A DNA stretch of 64,000 bases from a virus. The DNA lies in IMG/VR virus record IMGVR_UViG_3300017605_000706, positions 33,433 to 97,432 of that record. One strand, given 5' to 3'. Shown piece after piece: positions 7,867-17,299 of the stretch. A program made the translations under genes and the position numbers. Below the pieces are notes generated by a model. The model was not told the DNA's origin. It made no database searches and saw nothing but the letters and a program-made list of their open reading frames with translations. How positions within the stretch are numbered: the stretch's first letter is position 1; the number at the start of each line of letters is the position of its first letter.

Positions 7867-9447
7867 ATGACAAGACCTTTGGTTTGCGGGTTCCTGAAAG
7901 CGCGTAACGAAATTCTGAGGGGTAACCTCCACCGTTGCATAGAGAACCTGTCTAAGTACGTAGACACGATCGTTGCGTGCGACGACGGCAGCACCGACGG
8001 TACACGTGAGTACCTTCAAAGCGTCATTCCAAAAGATCAGCTGCTCTTGATCGATCCCGGTGATCAGGACTTTCGTAAAGAGCTGGCTGTCAAGAATCAG
8101 ATGCTTGATATGGTCAGACGGATCAACCCGGTGTTCGTCTTCTGGGCAGACACCGACGAGACCGTCGACGAAAGCCAAATCCACCTGATCCGGCCTTTCC
8201 TGCTTGCGCAGAAAGACAAGCACGAGGTTCACGCCTGGCGCTCTCACTACCTACAGCTGTGGCGCAACAAAGAGTACTGCCGCACCGACGACGGATTTGG
8301 GGACGGGCGCTTCGTCAAAGTATGGCGGTGGCAGCCGGGACTTAGCTTCAGAATCATTGATGGCACTCACCACCAGCAGTTTCCCCAGCAGATCGACCTC
8401 ACGAAAGTCGAAGACACGCCTTGGAAAGTCATCCACTGGGGCAACTACGGGGTGAGCCTTCGCTGGAAAGCTATTCAGTACTACGGCGGTCTCGGTGGCG
8501 TTGAGCGTCACATGAACTTCGAGGATGCGACTTACGAGTCGACGGACAAGCTTCTCGGCAAGCCGGTATCAGCGCCGCTGGCGCCCAAGCCGGTCCCGTA
8601 CACGCCTCGTGAGAAGCGCGTCATTCTTGACATGAAGAACCTGAAGAATCTGCCTTCATGGTTCACAGTGGTTATTCCTACGTTCAATCGTGCTGCGTTT
8701 CTGCCTGAGACGCTCAACTCGCTCCTACGTCAGACGTACCAGAATTGGGTAGCTGTCGTCCTCGATGACGGCTCGACGGACAACACGTACGATTTGATGC
8801 AGAAAGCGATGGAACGCGACCCGCGTATCTTCTACTGTCGCTACGACAAGCTCGGCGCAGTCGCCATGAATGAGCGCGGCGGTGACATGGCAAGTGAGTT
8901 CACTGAGTACTGGACGCGCCTTGGCAGTGATGACACGTTCGAGCCTCACAAACTGCGCATGGACGCGGCTGCGATGAGCCTCGGGCACGATCTTGTCTAT
9001 GGGTCGTACCGTGTACACAGAGACGGCGCGCTCGCGGAGATCTGCAACCTGCCCGAGGACAAGACAGCGCTTCGGGACCGCTTTGCCGCTGGCGGTTTCG
9101 CGGTCTCGTGGGCTAATATTGCGTGCACGTCAAAGCTGCTACGTAAAGTCAAGAAGCACTACGGTTCGTATTGCGACGCGCGCCTACGTAACATGGAAGA
9201 CTTCCTGGTCAACTACAGGCTCACGCGCTTTGCGAAGCCGGTCTGGCGTGGCATCTACAAAGACACCGTCATCATCGACCCTGGCGTGCCCATGATCGAA
9301 CAGATGAGCGCGGATCGTGACAACATCAAGCATGACGCCATGTGGCGCGTGAACCCGGTTGGCGCGTCATCGGACACTCAGACAACTGCAAACGAAGACG
9401 TTCTCACTCGAGAGCTGATCGCCGAGGACATCAAGAAATGGATCTGA
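7867..9447 (+). CDS. two-domain GT2 glycosyltransferase
   Basis: Two GT-A modules: ARNE...DDGSTDGT...DTDE and VVIPTFNR...DDGSTDNT...GSDD...ED. Confidence 0.88.
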   Translation: MTRPLVCGFLKARNEILRGNLHRCIENLSKYVDTIVACDDGSTDGTREYLQSVIPKDQLLLIDPGDQDFRKELAVKNQMLDMVRRINPVFVFWADTDETVDESQIHLIRPFLLAQKDKHEVHAWRSHYLQLWRNKEYCRTDDGFGDGRFVKVWRWQPGLSFRIIDGTHHQQFPQQIDLTKVEDTPWKVIHWGNYGVSLRWKAIQYYGGLGGVERHMNFEDATYESTDKLLGKPVSAPLAPKPVPYTPREKRVILDMKNLKNLPSWFTVVIPTFNRAAFLPETLNSLLRQTYQNWVAVVLDDGSTDNTYDLMQKAMERDPRIFYCRYDKLGAVAMNERGGDMASEFTEYWTRLGSDDTFEPHKLRMDAAAMSLGHDLVYGSYRVHRDGALAEICNLPEDKTALRDRFAAGGFAVSWANIACTSKLLRKVKKHYGSYCDARLRNMEDFLVNYRLTRFAKPVWRGIYKDTVIIDPGVPMIEQMSADRDNIKHDAMWRVNPVGASSDTQTTANEDVLTRELIAEDIKKWI

Positions 9448-10094
9448 TCAAGGCCCGGGAATTCTGGACGTGCGCGGCCGGCTTCCCTGTAGATAAAGAA
9501 GCAATTTATCCCCAGCACAGGATCGCTCAGCAGTTCGACGATATCGTTGCTAAGAGCGTCCTCGAATACGGCTGTGGCGGAGGCTCTGATACGCTGAGCT
9601 TCCTGCGCCGCGGCAACCGCGTGTACTACGCGGACATCGTACCGGGCAACGTTCAGACAACGTCGTCGCGTGTGGCCGATGCAGGCTTCGCGTCGATGGC
9701 TCGGCCGATTACGCTTGCTGCGTCGGACGCGATCCCGCTCAAGGATGCGTCGATCGACGTTGTCTCGAGCCATGGCGTAATTCACCACATTGAAGAGCCG
9801 TTCGCAGTCCTGCTCGAGTTCCATCGGATCCTGAAGCCTGGCGGTTTGATCTACGTCATGTTGTACAGTGAAAAGCTGCGCGCGGATCTTGATCCTGAGG
9901 TCAAGAAGCGGACTGACAGAGGCGCGTCCGAAGGTCGCGCGTTCGGCGAAGCTACCGACGGTGACGGCTGTCCGTACGCAAGGCCGTACACTGAATCAGA
10001 GGGCCGCGATCTGCTCACGAACGCAGGCTTCACCGTCACGAGTACGTATGAATATCTCGACGGCAAGTTCAGGACTTTCAGGGGAGTCAAGTGA
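9438..10094 (+). CDS. class I SAM-dependent methyltransferase
   Basis: ATG 9438; VLEYGCGGG, IDVVSSHGVIHH, RILKPGG. Confidence 0.88.
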   Translation: MDLIKAREFWTCAAGFPVDKEAIYPQHRIAQQFDDIVAKSVLEYGCGGGSDTLSFLRRGNRVYYADIVPGNVQTTSSRVADAGFASMARPITLAASDAIPLKDASIDVVSSHGVIHHIEEPFAVLLEFHRILKPGGLIYVMLYSEKLRADLDPEVKKRTDRGASEGRAFGEATDGDGCPYARPYTESEGRDLLTNAGFTVTSTYEYLDGKFRTFRGVK

Positions 10095-10276
10095 TCTTTG
10101 CGAAGTCGGATAAACTGGAAACGTGCACGTGCTTTTGCCACATTCCAGAAGGCAAGCAGTGGCGGCTACACTGCTTCGGCCCGTGCTGTGATCAGCCTGA
10201 TCAAAGCGCGCCCGATCCTATGATTGCAGGGCAAATCAAGGCTGAACATGACCGCGTTCTAATGGGAGTCAAGTAA
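10091..10276 (+). CDS. small Cys-rich protein
   Basis: CTCFCH...HC..CC; coupled to neighbours. Confidence 0.5.
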   Translation: MIFAKSDKLETCTCFCHIPEGKQWRLHCFGPCCDQPDQSAPDPMIAGQIKAEHDRVLMGVK

Positions 10277-10504
10277 ATGGCGAGTCGTAAAAAAGTCACG
10301 ATCGACGTTTTGTCTAACGGTTTCGTCGTAGACTACATAGGTTCTTCTAGTATCGCGCATCCACGCGTCATCAAGACGTTCGAGGAACTCGCCACTGAGT
10401 TGTGGTCGCTTCTAGGCGAAGCACACAACGTCGGCGATAGGGCCGACTTGATCGTCACGCGAAGCGGCGTAACGACGTCTGCTGACAAGATCAGGAAGCA
10501 CTGA
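10277..10504 (+). CDS. hypothetical protein
   Basis: Abuts upstream stop, operon context. Confidence 0.55.
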   Translation: MASRKKVTIDVLSNGFVVDYIGSSSIAHPRVIKTFEELATELWSLLGEAHNVGDRADLIVTRSGVTTSADKIRKH

Positions 10505-10509
10505 CAGCG

Positions 10510-10704
10510 ATGATCTTCGAGCGAAGAACAGACGATGTCGACTTGAGAAAGCAGCCATGCTGCTGCTGTGTCTGCAAAGAAGTGTCGTTGTGCACGCCGT
10601 CCAACGACTTCTATACGACGCCGATCACGGGCGATTTTCTCGTCTGTGAGCGGTGCTTTTGGGCCAATCGGCATCAAGACGTGGAGATGACCAAGTGCCG
10701 CTAA
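10510..10704 (+). CDS. small zinc-ribbon-like protein
   Basis: CCCCVC...CERC. Confidence 0.5.
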   Translation: MIFERRTDDVDLRKQPCCCCVCKEVSLCTPSNDFYTTPITGDFLVCERCFWANRHQDVEMTKCR

Positions 10705-11240
10705 CGTCACCGCACTTCAGCGACAAGATCGAAGATTGGTTGCGCATCGTCCAGGCTGGCGGCGAGGCGCTGTTCACGGACAAAGACGTGCTGGATCTCG
10801 GGCCGTCCTACGGTATCGACACGTACATGTTCGCGCCCAAGTGCCGTAGCTACACCGTCGTCGAGACGGCGCCTGACGTCCTCGAGCATCTCGCCAAGCT
10901 TCAATCCGTCGTCAACTTCAACGTCGTCGTGCACAACCTCCAACGCACGCTGCCGTTCTCCGACGCCAGCTTCGACCTCGTCATGGACCTGGGTACGCTC
11001 GACAACGTCTTGGGCGGTGTCCTGCCATACCAAGAGTGCATGCGCGTCCTGCGCCCTGGAGGCCTGTTCCTCTGCGCGTTCGCGAACCAGGAAGTCTTGG
11101 GAACGCGCTTTTCGGAGTGTGGCGACGAAGAGCGCCGTACGTACCACGAGCTTGTTGCGCTACTGACCGACGCGGGCGCCAAAGACGTCGTCGGTGCGCG
11201 AGTCATGCAGGCTCGTGCGGGCCTGATTGCGAGGAAGTAG
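10695..11240 (+). CDS. class I SAM-dependent methyltransferase
   Basis: VLDLGPSYG, LPFSDASFDLV, RVLRPGG; GTG 10695 likely start. Confidence 0.85.
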   Translation: MPLTSPHFSDKIEDWLRIVQAGGEALFTDKDVLDLGPSYGIDTYMFAPKCRSYTVVETAPDVLEHLAKLQSVVNFNVVVHNLQRTLPFSDASFDLVMDLGTLDNVLGGVLPYQECMRVLRPGGLFLCAFANQEVLGTRFSECGDEERRTYHELVALLTDAGAKDVVGARVMQARAGLIARK

Positions 11241-12542
11241 ATGACTAGCTACGATTTGGCCGTTCATTCCGGCGGATACGTCGGTCTCACGTGCGCGATC
11301 CATTTCGCAAAGGCAGGTAAGCGCGTCATCTGCTACGATCCCGATAGCCGTGTCGTTGACGGCATCAACTCAGGACAGCCGAAGGCCGGCGAATTCCTGG
11401 GTTACCTCGGCAATACGTACCCGCGCGAGAACCTGATTGCCACGAGCACCTTCGAAGAGACTCTAAGCTGCGACGTTCATATCCTGGCCGTCCCCAGTGA
11501 AAAAGATGACGAGCCTTGGATGTTGATTGTTGAGGGCTGCCTCAGCATGATCGCGCGTGAGCGCGCTGGTAAGAAGACGCTTGTCATCATCGAGAGCACG
11601 CTTCAGCCGGGCGCCGTTGACGGCTTTATCAGGGCCAACTCGAGCCTGATCTCGGACACGCTCGAGATCGCTGTCTGTCCAAGGCGCGACTGGTTCGCTG
11701 ATTCTAATAAGAATCTCAGTAGCTTACCTCGCGTCGTCGGCGGCTACACGCCAAGTGCGACTGATTGGGCATGCGAAGTCCTGTCGACCGTCACGCCGCC
11801 CGAGAAGCTCATGAAGACGAGCTATCGAACTGCCGAAGTCACTAAGGCGCTAGAGAACGCGCTCTTCCACGCGCCCATCGCGTTGTGCCACAGCCTTGCG
11901 CTAGCCTACCCCGAGCTGGATATCGCCGAAGCGGCGCGCCTCGCAGCGACGCACTGGCGCTTCGAGAGCTTCGGCGGTCTGCACCTGAACTTGGGCACCT
12001 CTGGAAGATGTGTGCCAATCGGCTCGAAATATTTGCGCGACGGCGCAGGTGATCAGATTGTCGATCTGCTCGATTCTGTCCTCGATACCGAAGACGAGAT
12101 GCCCGAGGCCGTCGCCCAGGCGATCACGCGGCGTATAGGGCCTGACGCGCGCGTATTGATCCTCGGTGTCGCGTATCGGCCTGGGTTCCGGGACGCCGGC
12201 ATGTCGGGCGGGCTACGCGTAGCCCGCGCGTTCATGAGCCCCGTCAAGATTGACTTCGCCGATCCCGTCTTCGCCAATTACGAGATCTGCGACTTAGCGC
12301 GCAAGTACGGCCTTCAGAACTTCGAAATCGTCGACGTGGGTGAACTGCACGAAGAGCGTTTGGCGACGTATGCCGCTGTCATCTTGGCCACACCGCACGC
12401 GCAGTTTGCGAACCTGCCTGAGCGCTTCACGCGACTAGGCCAAGTGCTGTTCGACGCGCGCGGCGCGTGGCTATCCCAGAGACAAACGTTCCAAGATCGT
12501 AGTATACTGTACTTGAACGTTGGCTCACCGGGATGGCGTTGA
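11241..12542 (+). CDS. UDP-glucose/GDP-mannose dehydrogenase family protein (WecC-like nucleotide-sugar 6-dehydrogenase)
   Basis: GGYVGL Rossmann motif, IESTLQPG, CPRR, KALENA, GTSGRCVP catalytic Cys, LGVAYRPG..D. Confidence 0.85.
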   Translation: MTSYDLAVHSGGYVGLTCAIHFAKAGKRVICYDPDSRVVDGINSGQPKAGEFLGYLGNTYPRENLIATSTFEETLSCDVHILAVPSEKDDEPWMLIVEGCLSMIARERAGKKTLVIIESTLQPGAVDGFIRANSSLISDTLEIAVCPRRDWFADSNKNLSSLPRVVGGYTPSATDWACEVLSTVTPPEKLMKTSYRTAEVTKALENALFHAPIALCHSLALAYPELDIAEAARLAATHWRFESFGGLHLNLGTSGRCVPIGSKYLRDGAGDQIVDLLDSVLDTEDEMPEAVAQAITRRIGPDARVLILGVAYRPGFRDAGMSGGLRVARAFMSPVKIDFADPVFANYEICDLARKYGLQNFEIVDVGELHEERLATYAAVILATPHAQFANLPERFTRLGQVLFDARGAWLSQRQTFQDRSILYLNVGSPGWR

Positions 12543-12545
12543 GAT

Positions 12546-12926
12546 ATGGCTAACCGCCCAGGAATCACCGAAGCGAGCCAGCGCGCGCAGGAACGCGTAC
12601 GCGCGACAGTGACCACACCTCGGAGTAGCATGGCTAAAGATTACGTATTCGACGCAGCTCGTTTTGCAGGCGAGCGTTCTGACCCAGACACGCATACGTA
12701 CCTCGTCGAAATTCATCAAGCAGGCGAGACTGTGTTCACCAACCGTGTCGACGCCCTCAGCGTCGAAGGCGCGCTAAGCGCAACGCGCCAGCGCCTCGAC
12801 AGCTTGTCGCTCGAAGACCGCAAGAGACTCGTCGGCGACGCGCCGTACGAGATCCAAATCTCTCGCCGATTCAAAATCGTTCCCAAAGTCGTCCATATCG
12901 TCGTAGATACCGAGGAAGTGACCTGA
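12546..12926 (+). CDS. hypothetical protein
   Basis: Fills operon gap; overlaps next start. Confidence 0.6.
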   Translation: MANRPGITEASQRAQERVRATVTTPRSSMAKDYVFDAARFAGERSDPDTHTYLVEIHQAGETVFTNRVDALSVEGALSATRQRLDSLSLEDRKRLVGDAPYEIQISRRFKIVPKVVHIVVDTEEVT

Positions 12927-13987
12927 TGTCGTCGAGCGGTTGTAGCACAAAGCGCCCCAGTTCTGCCGCGTTGGCCCCAACCAAGCTGCGCCTCGTAGTT
13001 ACAGGGGCAAAAGGCTTTGTGGGATCGATCCTGTCGCTACGCGCTGTCGAGCGCGGTCATAGCGTTCTCGCGCTCGATAACGAGTCGCGAGGCCTGAACC
13101 CGATCGGTGCCAAGATAGGCGACTCGTACCAGAAATTCGACTGCATGCAGGGTATCGCAGAGGCGGTCAAGACACGCGGCTGGGATCGCATCGACGCTGT
13201 CGTGCACCTGGCCGCTGCGACTGGCAGCCTTGAACGCCCTCTCGATGAGCTGCTCGAGTTCAACGTCGGCATGACCCAGCACGTCTACACTGACGCGCTC
13301 GCGCTCGGCGCCAAGACGTTCCTGTGGCCGACGACAAGCCTCGCGCTAGGCGTACCCGATAGCCCCTACGTAGAGTCCAAGGAGCAAGCACTCCGCTGGC
13401 TGCTCCAAGTAGACAAGCAGGCGCGCATCTCACAGCCCGTGCGCTTCTTCAACATGACTGGCGCATACAAAGGCCTGACCGAGCGCCGGCTCAATGAAGT
13501 GCACATCCTACCCGTGATGCTACAGAAGTATCAGGCACGCGAGCAGTTCGTCGTCAACGGTGGCGACTACGCGACTGTAGATGGTAGCCCCAGCCGAGAC
13601 TTCACGAACATCGTCGACGCCGTCGACACGCTGCTAGACATCGCTGAGAACCGCGCTCGAGGTAAAGTTGATCAGCCTCGCGCCAAGGACGAAGCCGTCT
13701 GGCTGGGTACCGGCCAGAGTACGACGGTCCTCGAGCTGATCAAGATGTTCGATCAGTGGGTAGGCGCGCTTGACTACAAGATCGGCCCACGGCGCGCGTT
13801 CGACTGCGGGTCTCTGATTGTCGAGCCTACGCAGGCCTCGCAGTTCAAGGCCATGCGAGGCGGCCTCGTACCCGTGCGCATCTCGGTGCGCGATGAGCTA
13901 ATGGCGCTCATGGAAGACCCCGCAGCGGTCGCAGCTGAAGAGCCTGTCACAGAGACGGTCTTAAATCGAGTTGTGGAGACAGACTGA
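12926..13987 (+). CDS. NAD-dependent epimerase/dehydratase (GalE-like extended SDR)
   Basis: VTGAKGFVG, VHLAA, PYVESK (YxxxK), RFFN, DGSPSRDF. Confidence 0.88.
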   Translation: MSSSGCSTKRPSSAALAPTKLRLVVTGAKGFVGSILSLRAVERGHSVLALDNESRGLNPIGAKIGDSYQKFDCMQGIAEAVKTRGWDRIDAVVHLAAATGSLERPLDELLEFNVGMTQHVYTDALALGAKTFLWPTTSLALGVPDSPYVESKEQALRWLLQVDKQARISQPVRFFNMTGAYKGLTERRLNEVHILPVMLQKYQAREQFVVNGGDYATVDGSPSRDFTNIVDAVDTLLDIAENRARGKVDQPRAKDEAVWLGTGQSTTVLELIKMFDQWVGALDYKIGPRRAFDCGSLIVEPTQASQFKAMRGGLVPVRISVRDELMALMEDPAAVAAEEPVTETVLNRVVETD

Positions 13988-13990
13988 AAA

Positions 13991-14173
13991 ATGAAGATAG
14001 AGCAGATCAACAAGCTAGTGCGTAACCAGATCATCTACCATATTCAAGAAGATCTAAATGGTGGAGAAGGCCTCATGAAAGAGGTGTGGGAGGCGCTTGA
14101 AACGGACGCTGATTTTGGCGCAGCCCATACGGAAATGAAGCGTATTATCGAGGCGATCAAGACACTGAAATGA
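13991..14173 (+). CDS. small helical protein, tandem paralog A
   Basis: Aligns end to end with 14170-14355 (KLVR.QII...LMK.VW.ALE.DA.F..AH.E). Confidence 0.7.
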   Translation: MKIEQINKLVRNQIIYHIQEDLNGGEGLMKEVWEALETDADFGAAHTEMKRIIEAIKTLK

Positions 14174-14355
14174 CTCAGCAAGACGTCCGCAAGCTTGTCC
14201 GCCAGCAGATCATTGCCGCGATCAAGTACGATCTTGACACACGCGGCGATCTGCTTATGAAAGACGTCTGGGCGGCTCTCGAGGACGACGCCCAATTCGC
14301 GACAGCTCATGACGAGCTGCGCGCTATTATCGCCCGGATAGGCCCTAGTAAGTAA
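14170..14355 (+). CDS. small helical protein, tandem paralog B
   Basis: Paralog of 13991-14173; ATGA overlap. Confidence 0.7.
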   Translation: MTQQDVRKLVRQQIIAAIKYDLDTRGDLLMKDVWAALEDDAQFATAHDELRAIIARIGPSK

Positions 14356-14356
14356 A

Positions 14357-15073
14357 CTAGTCCTGCGTCATCAGGTTGTAGTGCGCTAGCAGCTGCGCAG
14401 CCGTCAACTCGTAGTTGTACAGCGCGACTTTGCCAACGCCGCCCTCGAAGAAGCTAGCGAAGTTTCGCGTTCCGATGCGAAACGGAGCGTCGTTGGCGAC
14501 GGGTACGATCGCCAGATCACTTAGGGAGTCTTGGTCCCTGAAGACGCCGTTCTTGAAGATCTTCGTGTATCCCGTTGGATACGCGCCACTGACGCTGACT
14601 GTGTTGACGACGAACGCGGCATGAATCCACTGGCCTGCCGTGACGGGATCTTGAAAGAACGACCCAATGCCAAACCCGCCAGCGGGGTTGTAGCATTCAC
14701 CTAGAATACGGTTTTCGCGGCCTTCTGTGTTGTTCAGGCCGTACATGCGCATGACGTATTCGTGCTTGCCCGGCGTCCCCTTGCCGAGCCAGTTTACGTA
14801 CCCTGTACCGTCTTCGTCCAAAAAGGTCAGTACGTCTGGGCGCATCCACGCTTCAATCGTGAGCACGCCCGTTGTTGGGATAGACATCGTCGCGGTAGAT
14901 GGGTACTCGACGTAGCAAGTTTGGCCACCGGACGGAAACAGCCATGCGAGGTCCCCGTTAGGGACCGCTGTATACCCGACAGCCGGCGACGTCCAGCCAC
15001 CTGTCTCGGGGATCATGTAGTGCACGGGCCCGTCATTCAGGATGGCTAGGTCGTACAAGCTGCTAGGCGGCAT
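14357..15073 (-). CDS. LamG/concanavalin A-like lectin domain protein (copy 1)
   Basis: LTIEAWMRP...QWIHAAFV...IFKNG...FRIG..FFEG.VGKVALYNYELT..QL..HY. Confidence 0.85.
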   Translation of the reverse strand: MPPSSLYDLAILNDGPVHYMIPETGGWTSPAVGYTAVPNGDLAWLFPSGGQTCYVEYPSTATMSIPTTGVLTIEAWMRPDVLTFLDEDGTGYVNWLGKGTPGKHEYVMRMYGLNNTEGRENRILGECYNPAGGFGIGSFFQDPVTAGQWIHAAFVVNTVSVSGAYPTGYTKIFKNGVFRDQDSLSDLAIVPVANDAPFRIGTRNFASFFEGGVGKVALYNYELTAAQLLAHYNLMTQD

Positions 15074-15074
15074 A

Positions 15075-15794
15075 TTAGCAGCCGCCTTGCGTCATCGTTG
15101 TGTAATGCGACGCCAGCTGCGACGTGGTCAATTCGTAGTTGTAGAGAGCGACTTTGCCGATCGCACCCTCGAAGAAGGACGCGAAGTCACGCGTGCCGAT
15201 TCTGAATGGCGCGTTGTTGGCTGTAGGCACGATGTTGAGCGCACTCAGCGAATCCGTGTCGCGCAGGACGCCGTTCTTGAAGATCCGCGTGTACCCCGTC
15301 GGGTACGCGACGCTCGTGTCGACCGTGTTGATCGTCAATGCGTAGTGAATCCATTCGAAAGGTGTCACGGCGTCTTGGAAATACGACCCGACGCCCAAGC
15401 CGCCGGCTGCATTGAAACAGTAGCCGGAGATCCGATTGTCTCGGCCCTCACTGTTGCCCTGTCCGTACATGCGACAGGTATACTCTTGCTTGCCGGAGAC
15501 ACCTTTGCCCATCCAGTGGACGTACCCGGTGCCCTCTTCGTGTGTGAAGACGTTGACGTCGGGGCGCATCCACGCCTCGATCGTCAAGATGCCCGTCGAT
15601 GGTACCGACATCGTCGGCATGGACGCGTACTCGACGTAGTACTTGTGGCCAACTGGGAACCACCACGCCGTGTCGCAGTTGGGCATCTCAGCGAAGCCGA
15701 CGGCAGGAGACATGCCGCCGCTGATTTCAGGCGTCATGTAGTGGACAGGATTGTCGCCTAGAATTGCGATGTCGTAGAGACTGCTTGGCGGCAT
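15075..15794 (-). CDS. LamG/concanavalin A-like lectin domain protein (copy 2)
   Basis: Close paralog of copy 1; both begin MPPSSLYD (ATG 15794). Confidence 0.85.
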   Translation of the reverse strand: MPPSSLYDIAILGDNPVHYMTPEISGGMSPAVGFAEMPNCDTAWWFPVGHKYYVEYASMPTMSVPSTGILTIEAWMRPDVNVFTHEEGTGYVHWMGKGVSGKQEYTCRMYGQGNSEGRDNRISGYCFNAAGGLGVGSYFQDAVTPFEWIHYALTINTVDTSVAYPTGYTRIFKNGVLRDTDSLSALNIVPTANNAPFRIGTRDFASFFEGAIGKVALYNYELTTSQLASHYTTMTQGGC

Positions 15795-15799
15795 GGCTT

Positions 15800-16027
15800 T
15801 TAGCACTTCTTTCTGAGCTGAACGCCCGGCTCGTACCAATCGCTGCAGAACGAGTCTGGCTCACACGGAATGAGTGGCGTACCCGCCCACTGCTGATAGT
15901 AGGCGTTTGTGCACGATCCGTAGCGACCGCCGACAGGCGCATAGAATCTACAGTTGGCGCAGCAAGAGCCGCCCTTGGGGACTTGTAGTCCAGGCTGGTG
16001 ATTGCGAGGGAGCGCGAACTTACCCAT
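15800..16027 (-). CDS. small Cys-rich metal-binding protein
   Basis: SCCANCRFY...C...C....CSDWY. Confidence 0.6.
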   Translation of the reverse strand: MGKFALPRNHQPGLQVPKGGSCCANCRFYAPVGGRYGSCTNAYYQQWAGTPLIPCEPDSFCSDWYEPGVQLRKKC

Positions 16028-16056
16028 TAGCCTGTAGCCATGCTATCATACTAGCT

Positions 16057-16320
16057 ATGAGACGGCTATCCTTTCGAGGCTGTAAGCCGAACCGCCTTCC
16101 AGGCGGGAAGGCCGCTAGCCGGCGCCCTAGCGACTTCGATCCCGTTCAGCTTCACGCAGGCGCGCTCGTCGAGTTCGAGCACACGAAGGATCCGTGTGTC
16201 GCGCGTGAGATCGCGATGGATCATCTAACCGAGCGCTGGGACTACTACATCCGGCTGCGCAAGATGGAGCGCCTGCCTATCTTGAAGCGCCGCCACAAGG
16301 CGATCAAGCGCAAGCGCTAA
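16057..16320 (+). CDS. DUF5661-like protein with basic tail
   Basis: G..VEFEHT.D..VAREIAMDHL.E..DYY..L motif; ends KRRHKAIKRKR. Confidence 0.7.
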   Translation: MRRLSFRGCKPNRLPGGKAASRRPSDFDPVQLHAGALVEFEHTKDPCVAREIAMDHLTERWDYYIRLRKMERLPILKRRHKAIKRKR

Positions 16321-16321
16321 G

Positions 16322-16618
16322 TCAGACTGCCCAACGGCACTTGTACTTGCGGCCCATCGCCATCGCTTTCATAGCGACGCGTCCGTGATGGAATTGTCGC
16401 GCCCTTGCCAAAGCCGTACGAATTCCTTCACAGTCGGGCCTACAGCCGTCGTTCTTGGCGACAACCGGAAACGCTAGCGTGCTGTTTAGGCGGCCAGGCT
16501 CGAGAAACGCCTTGGAGCCGCAGCGTGACAAGACGCGCCTGCGCTCCTGGCGGGTCTTAGGGGCCAGCCTTGCCCAGCCGCTGGTCGTCTTGGATCGTTG
16601 ATGCTTGGCCCTAGCCAT
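16322..16618 (-). CDS. small basic Cys-containing protein resembling a conserved giant-virus protein
   Basis: ATG 16618; GW...AP....R......CG.KAFL.P.....FP.......C..DC.G...A..RARQ. Confidence 0.6.
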   Translation of the reverse strand: MARAKHQRSKTTSGWARLAPKTRQERRRVLSRCGSKAFLEPGRLNSTLAFPVVAKNDGCRPDCEGIRTALARARQFHHGRVAMKAMAMGRKYKCRWAV

Positions 16619-16639
16619 ACGTGATACAATAACATAGCC

Positions 16640-17299
16640 GTGCGCATCAAAGGTAGACGGATCCTGATCATAGGCGACTCGCTGTCCTACCCGGGTCAAA
16701 TCGTAACTGACCTTACGTCGCCGAGCACAAAGAACGCGAGCGCACCCGGCGCTGTCTTGGCTAGCATGCTGCTTGATCTCGGCGCCAGCGCCGTTCGCAT
16801 CAACGCTAAGGTCGGCCGCTCCGCCTACAACTTCTTCAAGAGTGAGCAGGGTGATGCGCTCCTGGCGCAGGACGCCGCAGGCCATCCCGATGTCGTACTC
16901 GTCTTCCTCGGGACCAACGACAAGAGTCTCAATACGACCGAGGACAAGAAGGCTTTCACGCGTATCGTCGACGCGTTCCCCAAAGCCGACGTCTGGGGTA
17001 TCGGGCCACCGCAGGCAGCCGGCTACGATCCCGTCTTCGCCACGATGCAGTCCGTCTTCGGACGCAAGCTCATCGACAGCCGGCCGTTTCTAGACGGCGC
17101 GTCGAAGGCCTCCGACGGCATTCACTTCCAACAGGCGGGCGCGCAGCTCCTGGCTGAGCGGTTGGCGATCGCGCTTGCAGCTACGCCATCACCGTGGCTA
17201 TCGTACGCTGTCCTGGGAGCCCTGGGGGCGACCGGGATAGGCTTGGCCTATGTTACACTAACACGGCTAAAGGCCAGGAAGCAACTGAAATCACAATGA
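16640..17299 (+). CDS. SGNH/GDSL hydrolase with C-terminal membrane anchor
   Basis: IGDSL, G, LGTND, DGIH blocks; C-terminal TM and basic tail. Confidence 0.85.
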   Translation: MRIKGRRILIIGDSLSYPGQIVTDLTSPSTKNASAPGAVLASMLLDLGASAVRINAKVGRSAYNFFKSEQGDALLAQDAAGHPDVVLVFLGTNDKSLNTTEDKKAFTRIVDAFPKADVWGIGPPQAAGYDPVFATMQSVFGRKLIDSRPFLDGASKASDGIHFQQAGAQLLAERLAIALAATPSPWLSYAVLGALGATGIGLAYVTLTRLKARKQLKSQ

